Shown here: positions 26,325 through 32,000 of the stretch, piece by piece
How positions within the stretch are numbered: the first letter of the stretch is position 1
Layout: every line of letters starts with the position of its first letter
Origin: Candidatus Electrothrix yaqonensis
GTDB lineage: Bacteria; Desulfobacterota; Desulfobulbia; Desulfobulbales; Desulfobulbaceae
Length of the DNA stretch: 32,000 nucleotides
Direction: 5' to 3'
Assembly (NCBI GenBank): GCA_047651235.1
Contig: CP178758.1
Span: 1,080,001 to 1,112,000, forward strand
Position numbers and translations under genes: made by a program
The notes under the pieces: generated by a model
Told to the model about the DNA's origin: nothing
Database searches by the model: none
Seen by the model: only the letters and a program-made list of their open reading frames with translations

Positions 26325-29248
26325 TATAATGATACCCTCCATTTTCCTGGCTGCAGGAGTGCAAGCTGCTGCGCCTCCGACCGCTTTCGGAGACTGAGTC
26401 TGAGCAGCCAGATTACGGCCAGTCCGAGCAGCACCAGCCCGTAGTTGAGATATTCCCAGAACAGCTGCCACTTCTTACTGATCGGATTAAGCGGACGGGA
26501 GAAATGACTTCTTCCCCGGATGGCCAGCAGACCCCGGTCCTCCAGGGACCAGTCCACGGTATTGGCCATGAGGTGAATCGTGTTCAGGTAACCAGTCTGC
26601 TTTACATTGGAAATAGTACCTATGATCCTGTCACGAAAAAAACTGTTGGAGGCGAACAGGATGATTCTGGCCGTATCCGGAGATTTATCCAGCTGGCGGA
26701 TAATGATCTCTTCTTTCTCCTCCTCCTTTTCCTGTTCTGTCGGAGTCTGTCCCATTTCCGATTGATCACCCTCTGTCTTGTCCCCGTCCTTTTTCAGCAG
26801 GGGCGACGGTTTGCCGGTAAAATAGGAGGTAAAGCCGCCCTCCACCGCTACAGCCAGCAGTTGTTGCCCCTGTTCCCCTTCAACCGGGAAGCCGAGATCG
26901 CCGTGCATCTGGAAGTTCGGCTGCACCTGCATGGATTCGGAAACCCAGCTTTTTTCCGAGCTTTCCAGCAGGCGGGTAATCTTCCTGTTCCTGTTTTTTT
27001 CCTGATCCACCGTAATGGGCGAGGTCCAGCTCATAGTGATCTGGTGCAGACCGGAGGTGATGCCGCTGTCCTCGTTCATGCCGTCCGGACGGATATCGAC
27101 AAAGTAGGGGTAGTTGACCAGATGGGTCTCCCGCACGACAAACCCGCCCAAGTTGCGCTCCGCAGGTACGGGAAAGGGAGTGTTCTGCGGATCGAGCACC
27201 ATTTTCTTTTCCAGGGTGATGCCGTTGTGGGCCAGCCATTCCTCCAGACCGGACTTGTGTTCGTCCACGGAAAGCCTACCCTGCAGGTTGACCTCATACG
27301 GCGAAGTGGCCAGCACCACGGTGCCGCCCTGCATGAGGAACTGATCCACGGCAAACAGCTTCTTTTTGTCCAGCTTATCCGGCGCGGCCAGCATGAGCAG
27401 ATCCGCTTCCCCGGACACCTGCCCCTTGTCCAGATCCGCATCTGTGATTATATGCTCCTGGGAAAGCAGCTCGCGCAGAGCCTCGAACTTAGGGCCGCCT
27501 CCGCCGGGAATTCCGTACTGGGGCATGGGCGGCATGGAAGGCGGCACGCTCAGGGCCACGGTCTTGGTGAAACCGGCGGCAAAGCGTTTCAGGCCTGCAT
27601 CAATGGATCGTTTAAGACCGTCTTTGCTCAGGTCTTCCGGCAACGGAACTTCCAGCACCCGATCCCCGCTTGTCAGGGTCATATAGAACCAGATATCCTC
27701 AAAGAGACTGATCGGAATCGGTCGGAATCCATATTCCGTCCTGATCTGCTCGGCAACGCTGCCGCCGTCCGCCTCCGGATCAACCACGGAAACGGTGAAA
27801 CGACCGTTGCTTTTTGCCTGCAGCTCGTCGGTCAGGGCCAGCAGATCGGTCTTCAGCTTGACCAGCTCTTCAGGCAGACGTTCATCGGCAGAAAAATAGC
27901 CAGTCAGCTCCACGGGTTTGTTCATGGCGCTGAAAATATCTCCGCCGGCCTGATAACTGTACAGCACCTTTTTGATGGCGCGGGTGATGTCGTATTCCGG
28001 ATTGCGCAGTTCCACGTCTAGGCTCTGTTCGTTTTCAGCCTTGACTTCGATGAGGTCGCGGAACCCTAAGGTCTCATACTGATCGCCGTAGCGGATCAGG
28101 ATGTCAAAATAGGAATTGGTGACCGATGCCTGGTATTTGCTGGCGATCTGGAAGGGCACGGGCCGGATGCCGTATTTCTGCCCGGCCTCCCGCTCCAGTT
28201 CCGGGTTATCCGCCGGATCAACAAATTCCACCCGCACCTTGTCGCCCCCGGCAATAGCGTATTCCTCCAGCAGATCCCGCAGGCGGGGTACCAGCGGAGC
28301 CAGCAGGGGATGGGTCTGAGCGGAGAAATAGCCCCGGATAAGCAGGGGTTCCCGAATCTGGGTCAGATAACTGCGGGTAGCGTCGGAGATGGAGTAAATA
28401 TCCCCGTCAGTCATGTCGGAACGGAGCGTGCCCATCGGCGCAAGCCAGAAATTAGCCGCCAGAAAATTGGCGATCAGCAGGCCGCAGGCGATCTGCCAAG
28501 TCCGATGGTTGCTGTTGCCCGGGTTTTCGGCCCAGCGGATCCGCTCCAGCCCATAGATATTCAGGCTGAGGAAAACGCCCATGATGCCGAGATAGTAGTA
28601 CAGATCTCTCAGGTCAATCACCCCTCTGGTGATGGAGTGAAACCGGGAACCGGTGCCTAACATCTGGAGAATTTCTGCGCCCTTGTTGCCGACAAATGCA
28701 GCCAGGGTATCGGAGCCGATCAGGTAGAGCAGGCCGCAGATCAGCGAGGTACTGATCAGACTGACGATCTGGTTTTCCGATTTGACGCTGACAAACAGGC
28801 CGATGGAAATATAGGCGGCAGCCAGAAAGAGCGAAGCCAGATAGCCTCCCAGAACCGGACCCCAGTCTAACGGTCCGAGAAAGCTCACTGTCACGCCCAG
28901 CGGCAGGGTCAGGAGCAGGGCCAAGGCGATCAGGCCCAGACAGGCCAGAAATTTCCCAAGCACCAAGGTCACCGGTCGGACCGGCGAAGTGAGTAGAAAT
29001 TCCAGGGTTCCGGCCCGGTGTTCCTCAGCCCACATGCGCATGGTGATGGCTGCGACCAGAAAAATGAGCAGAATGGGCATCCACTCAAACAGCGGCCGGA
29101 TTTCCGTGATATTGCGAGCGAAAAAAGTCTCTACCCAGAAGAAAATAAACAGGGTTGCGGCAAGAAAGGTGCCCAGAAAAATAAAGGCAGTCGGCGAACT
29201 GAAAAACGAGCCGAACTCCTTTCGTGCGATGCGGAATAATGTACTCAT
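26324..29248 (-). CDS. ABC-2 permease (GldF-like) fused to GldG-like domain
   Basis: The N-terminal ~240 aa form a multi-TM ABC-2 permease (FGSFFSSPTAFIFLGTFL..EEHRAGTLEFLLTSPV). The remainder is GldG-like (..DATRSYLTQIREPLLIRGYFS..LLEEYAIAGGDKVRVEFVDP..) and ends in a C-terminal TM helix. Confidence 0.85.
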   Translation of the reverse strand: MSTLFRIARKEFGSFFSSPTAFIFLGTFLAATLFIFFWVETFFARNITEIRPLFEWMPILLIFLVAAITMRMWAEEHRAGTLEFLLTSPVRPVTLVLGKFLACLGLIALALLLTLPLGVTVSFLGPLDWGPVLGGYLASLFLAAAYISIGLFVSVKSENQIVSLISTSLICGLLYLIGSDTLAAFVGNKGAEILQMLGTGSRFHSITRGVIDLRDLYYYLGIMGVFLSLNIYGLERIRWAENPGNSNHRTWQIACGLLIANFLAANFWLAPMGTLRSDMTDGDIYSISDATRSYLTQIREPLLIRGYFSAQTHPLLAPLVPRLRDLLEEYAIAGGDKVRVEFVDPADNPELEREAGQKYGIRPVPFQIASKYQASVTNSYFDILIRYGDQYETLGFRDLIEVKAENEQSLDVELRNPEYDITRAIKKVLYSYQAGGDIFSAMNKPVELTGYFSADERLPEELVKLKTDLLALTDELQAKSNGRFTVSVVDPEADGGSVAEQIRTEYGFRPIPISLFEDIWFYMTLTSGDRVLEVPLPEDLSKDGLKRSIDAGLKRFAAGFTKTVALSVPPSMPPMPQYGIPGGGGPKFEALRELLSQEHIITDADLDKGQVSGEADLLMLAAPDKLDKKKLFAVDQFLMQGGTVVLATSPYEVNLQGRLSVDEHKSGLEEWLAHNGITLEKKMVLDPQNTPFPVPAERNLGGFVVRETHLVNYPYFVDIRPDGMNEDSGITSGLHQITMSWTSPITVDQEKNRNRKITRLLESSEKSWVSESMQVQPNFQMHGDLGFPVEGEQGQQLLAVAVEGGFTSYFTGKPSPLLKKDGDKTEGDQSEMGQTPTEQEKEEEKEEIIIRQLDKSPDTARIILFASNSFFRDRIIGTISNVKQTGYLNTIHLMANTVDWSLEDRGLLAIRGRSHFSRPLNPISKKWQLFWEYLNYGLVLLGLAVIWLLRLSLRKRSEAQQLALLQPGKWRVSL

Positions 29249-30171
29249 GCTGCTCCTCCTTTCTCGCTGATCTCGGCAAAGACGGTCTCCAGATTTCTGC
29301 TCTCAAAATGCATAGAATACAGGGGCCAGTCCTGCTCATGGATACTTCGGGCCGCAGCGGCAGCGGTTTCGTCCCCGCCTGCCTCTTTGTTCAGTTCCAA
29401 GGTAAACTGTCCTGCTCTGCTCTTCACTGCCGAAGCAACCTGGGGCAGGGCGCTGAATAGCTCGATTGCCTTGCCGCTCTCCGCATCCGTGCTGATCAGC
29501 AGCTTTGAGCTCTGCCAGAGTTCCTCCAGCCGGGAATCCAGAGCTACGGCCCCGTCCTTGATGATGATGACCCGATCACAGACCGCCTGCACCTCCTGCA
29601 GAATATGGGTGGATATGATCACTGTTGCGGTTTCGGCCAGCTCGGCGATCAGGGTACGCATATGCTGAATTTGGGTGGGATCCAGGCCATTGGTCGGCTC
29701 GTCCAGGATCAGGATGTCCGGCTTATGCAGGATGGCCTGGGCCACGCCGGTGCGCTGGCGGTAGCCCCTGGACAGGGTGGCAATCTGCTTGACAGCCTTT
29801 TCTTCCAAAGCCGTACGCCGTATCGCCTCCCGGATCAGGGCGGGCCGGTCTTTCTTGGCGATCCCATGCAGAGAGGCGCAGTAGTCCAGATAGTCAAAAA
29901 TGGTCATCTCCAGATAGACCGGGCAGTTTTCCGGCAGATAACCGATCTTTTTCTGGATCTTGCGGCGGTCCTTGCCGATGTCCAGTTTGTCGATGGAGAT
30001 GCTGCCGCCGGTCGGTTCCAGGTACCCGGTCATCATCTTCATGATCGTGGTCTTTCCTGCACCGTTATGGCCGAGCAGACCGACGATCTCGCCCGGTCCG
30101 ATCTCAAACGAGACATCATCGACAGCAGTAAAGTCGCCGTACTTTCGGGTAAGGTGTTCAACGTGAATCAT
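29245..30171 (-). CDS. ABC transporter ATP-binding protein (GldA-like)
   Basis: Walker A (GHNGAGKTT), the signature sequence LSRGYRQR and Walker B (ILILDEP) are present. The stop overlaps the permease start (ATGA). Confidence 0.9.
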   Translation of the reverse strand: MIHVEHLTRKYGDFTAVDDVSFEIGPGEIVGLLGHNGAGKTTIMKMMTGYLEPTGGSISIDKLDIGKDRRKIQKKIGYLPENCPVYLEMTIFDYLDYCASLHGIAKKDRPALIREAIRRTALEEKAVKQIATLSRGYRQRTGVAQAILHKPDILILDEPTNGLDPTQIQHMRTLIAELAETATVIISTHILQEVQAVCDRVIIIKDGAVALDSRLEELWQSSKLLISTDAESGKAIELFSALPQVASAVKSRAGQFTLELNKEAGGDETAAAAARSIHEQDWPLYSMHFESRNLETVFAEISEKGGAA

Positions 30172-30571
30172 GGATACAACTCCACAGGCTGAATATTAAA
30201 AAATGCAAAAAAAAGAACAAAGTTCCGCTGGAACAGGTGAACAACAGGGAACACATCAGGGCAGATGGAGACAGGGCAGGGCGCACGGCAGTATAAAGAG
30301 GATACAGTGTGCGTTCGTCCAGCCAGAGCCGGGAATATCTCTCTGTTTTCACAGATCTTCCAGCGGAGAAAATAACCGACAGAAACAATAAAAGCGATGC
30401 GGGAAAAGTCAAGAGGGGAGGGGGACGTTTTTTTTTGCACCACGTGCTGTGCTGTTTTCGGCATACCGAGACAGATGACCACTTGCTCTTGGCATCCTGA
30501 AATGATATAGTCTCTCCATAGAGTTGTATAACCTCGTTCAGCATCTATAATCTAATCCATAATCCGGCCTT

Positions 30572-31519
30572 ATGTTTCTTGAGAAAACAATTGCTGTTGT
30601 CATCCCGGCCCATAATGAGGAGCGGCTGATCGGCAAGGTTATCAGTACAATGCCGGAATATGTGGATTATATTGTGGTGGTGGATGATAAAAGTCAGGAT
30701 CGGACAGCGGCTGTTGTTGAGGAACTGCAGCAGGATAACAAGAGGATTATCTGTCTTCGTCACCAAGAAAACAGAGGGGTAGGGGGGGCGATTTCAACCG
30801 GATATATATGGGCCAGAGATCACCAGGTGGATGTGACGGCTGTCATGGCAGCGGATTTCCAGATGGATCCGGCAGACCTGCCCCGCATCTTGGAGCCGGT
30901 CTGCAGCGGTGAATGCGACTACACAAAGGGCAACAGGCTTTTTCGGGGCCAATCTTGGGAGATGATTCCGAGATACCGCTATATCGGCAACTCCTTTCTT
31001 TCTATGTTTACCAAGATTGCCTCCGGCTACTGGCATATAGCTGATTCGCAGAGCGGCTACACGGCTATTTCTCTGCTGGCCCTGCAGCGCATTGATCCCG
31101 AAGCGATCTATCCCCGGTACGGGATGCCCAATGATCTGCTCATCCGCCTGAATATTGCCAGTTTCCGGGTCCGTGACATATCCATTCGTCCGGTGTACAA
31201 TGTCGGCGAGGTTTCCGGGATTAAACTAAAAAAAGTTGTCTTCACCATCCCCTGGATACTGCTGAAAGGTTTTATCCGGAGAATGGTGGAAAAATATATT
31301 ATCCGGGATTTTCATCCGTTGATTTTTTTCTATTTTCTTGGCCTGGTATTTTTCTTTTTCACAGTAATCCTGACAGTCCGGGCATTTGTTTACCTGAACA
31401 TTGACGGGCACCTGCCTCCTATCAATACTTTGGCGGCCATGTTTTCCTTTATGAGTTCCAGTCTGTTCACATTGTTTGCTATGTGGTTTGATATGGAATA
31501 TAATAAGGGTTTGAAATAA
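30572..31519 (+). CDS. family 2 glycosyltransferase with C-terminal TM segments
   Basis: GT2 motifs are AVVIPAHNEE, IVVVDDKSQDRT and ADFQMDP (the DXD region). The C-terminus is hydrophobic. Confidence 0.9.
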   Translation: MFLEKTIAVVIPAHNEERLIGKVISTMPEYVDYIVVVDDKSQDRTAAVVEELQQDNKRIICLRHQENRGVGGAISTGYIWARDHQVDVTAVMAADFQMDPADLPRILEPVCSGECDYTKGNRLFRGQSWEMIPRYRYIGNSFLSMFTKIASGYWHIADSQSGYTAISLLALQRIDPEAIYPRYGMPNDLLIRLNIASFRVRDISIRPVYNVGEVSGIKLKKVVFTIPWILLKGFIRRMVEKYIIRDFHPLIFFYFLGLVFFFFTVILTVRAFVYLNIDGHLPPINTLAAMFSFMSSSLFTLFAMWFDMEYNKGLK

Positions 31520-31666
31520 TAAGTGTTGTTTTAGTGATCTGCGGGTACATGTTCCATCCACAGGCTGTTTTACCTGTCCTGATATTGTCATCACATGCGG
31601 TCAGGAGGAGTTTACGGATGCTCACAATGATATTCTCATGAATAGTATCCAAGCGACAAGAACAAA

Positions 31667-32000
31667 TTGACCAAACGAATCAAACAGTTTATCCAACGCC
31701 TGTTGCCGGAAAATTCTTTCGCCCGCAGCGTGAGTGTTCTCATAGGTGGAACTGCTGGAGCACAGCTACTTACCGTACTTGCTGCTCCACTACTTACCCG
31801 TCTATACAGCCCGGAAGACCTAGGGCTATTAGCAGTTTTCATTGGTTTGTTAGCACTCATCAATGTCGTTTCCTGCCTGCGCTACGAATTAGCTATACCC
31901 TTACCGGAAGTTGATCAGGAAGCCGCAAATTTGGCTGTTCTGTGCCTGATTCTTATTGTTGTCACAAGCTTCGTTACCAGCATGCTCGTCTTTTTTCTTG
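31667..32000 (+). CDS. Wzx/MOP-type oligosaccharide flippase (polysaccharide biosynthesis protein), partial, continues past window end
   Basis: Absent from the ORF track because it runs off the edge. From TTG 31667 the translation is (M)TKRIKQFIQRLLPENSFARSVSVLIGGTAGAQLLTVLAAPLLTRLYSPEDLGLLAVFIGL... This matches the typical flippase N-terminus. The frame is closed by a TAG at 31643 and contains no in-frame ATG. Confidence 0.7.
   Translation, partial: MTKRIKQFIQRLLPENSFARSVSVLIGGTAGAQLLTVLAAPLLTRLYSPEDLGLLAVFIGLLALINVVSCLRYELAIPLPEVDQEAANLAVLCLILIVVTSFVTSMLVFFL

Noticed and set aside
26504-28021. 505-aa plus-strand ORF inside the GldF-GldG gene
   Set aside because: It is antisense to a well-supported 974-aa gene, has no motifs, and shows typical GC-rich shadow-ORF composition. 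The same reasoning applies to 25344-26228, 29605-30192, 10893-11663, 7780-8457, 14092-14769, 15607-16677, 6602-7180 and 3777-4418.
30172-30571. Possible sRNA or riboswitch in the 400-nt divergent intergenic region (G-rich tract followed by T9 near 30410-30450)
   Set aside because: No convincing stem precedes the T-run, and no conserved riboswitch core was recognised. It is most simply a divergent promoter region.
1-32000. CRISPR arrays, rRNA genes, integrases or prophage modules
   Set aside because: I saw no short regularly spaced repeats, rRNA-like sequence or recombinase/phage structural ORFs on either strand.

Overview
The window looks like a bacterial chromosomal segment. GC-rich core genes are interspersed with AT-richer accessory patches. 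Calls rest on reading the ORF translations and on manual alignment, with no database search, so family names come from recognised motifs only.

Core genes:
- Plus strand: serS, radA, a DUF721/DciA-like gene, ribH-nusB followed by an EEP-family hydrolase, and miaA.
- Minus strand: apgM plus a YbgC-like thioesterase, and recD.

Accessory content:
- A partial ORF at the left edge with a 114-aa internal duplication.
- A truncated cysteine-peptidase/PKD gene.
- An acidic Met-rich lipoprotein.
- An AT-rich islet with an orphan membrane protein.
- An OMP beta-barrel protein.
- A low-GC hybrid histidine kinase.
- A radical SAM plus TPR-methyltransferase pair.
- A GldA / GldF-GldG fusion / DUF4340 ABC-2 operon.
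- A GT2 glycosyltransferase and the start of a Wzx-like flippase.

Most notable structure:
- Two ~1.0-kb copies of a frameshifted IS701-like element that appears internally deleted lie in inverted orientation (4301-5306 and 21685-22689) and bracket 16.4 kb of core genes.
- The two copies differ almost only within one 129-nt, mostly synonymous patch.
- Copy A is flanked by two unrelated 3' gene fragments.
- Copy B ends 6 nt upstream of the radical SAM start codon.
- The 3028-3253 intergenic region is densely packed with inverted repeats whose mismatches resolve as G-U pairs only on the minus strand.

No rRNA, tRNA or CRISPR array was seen.
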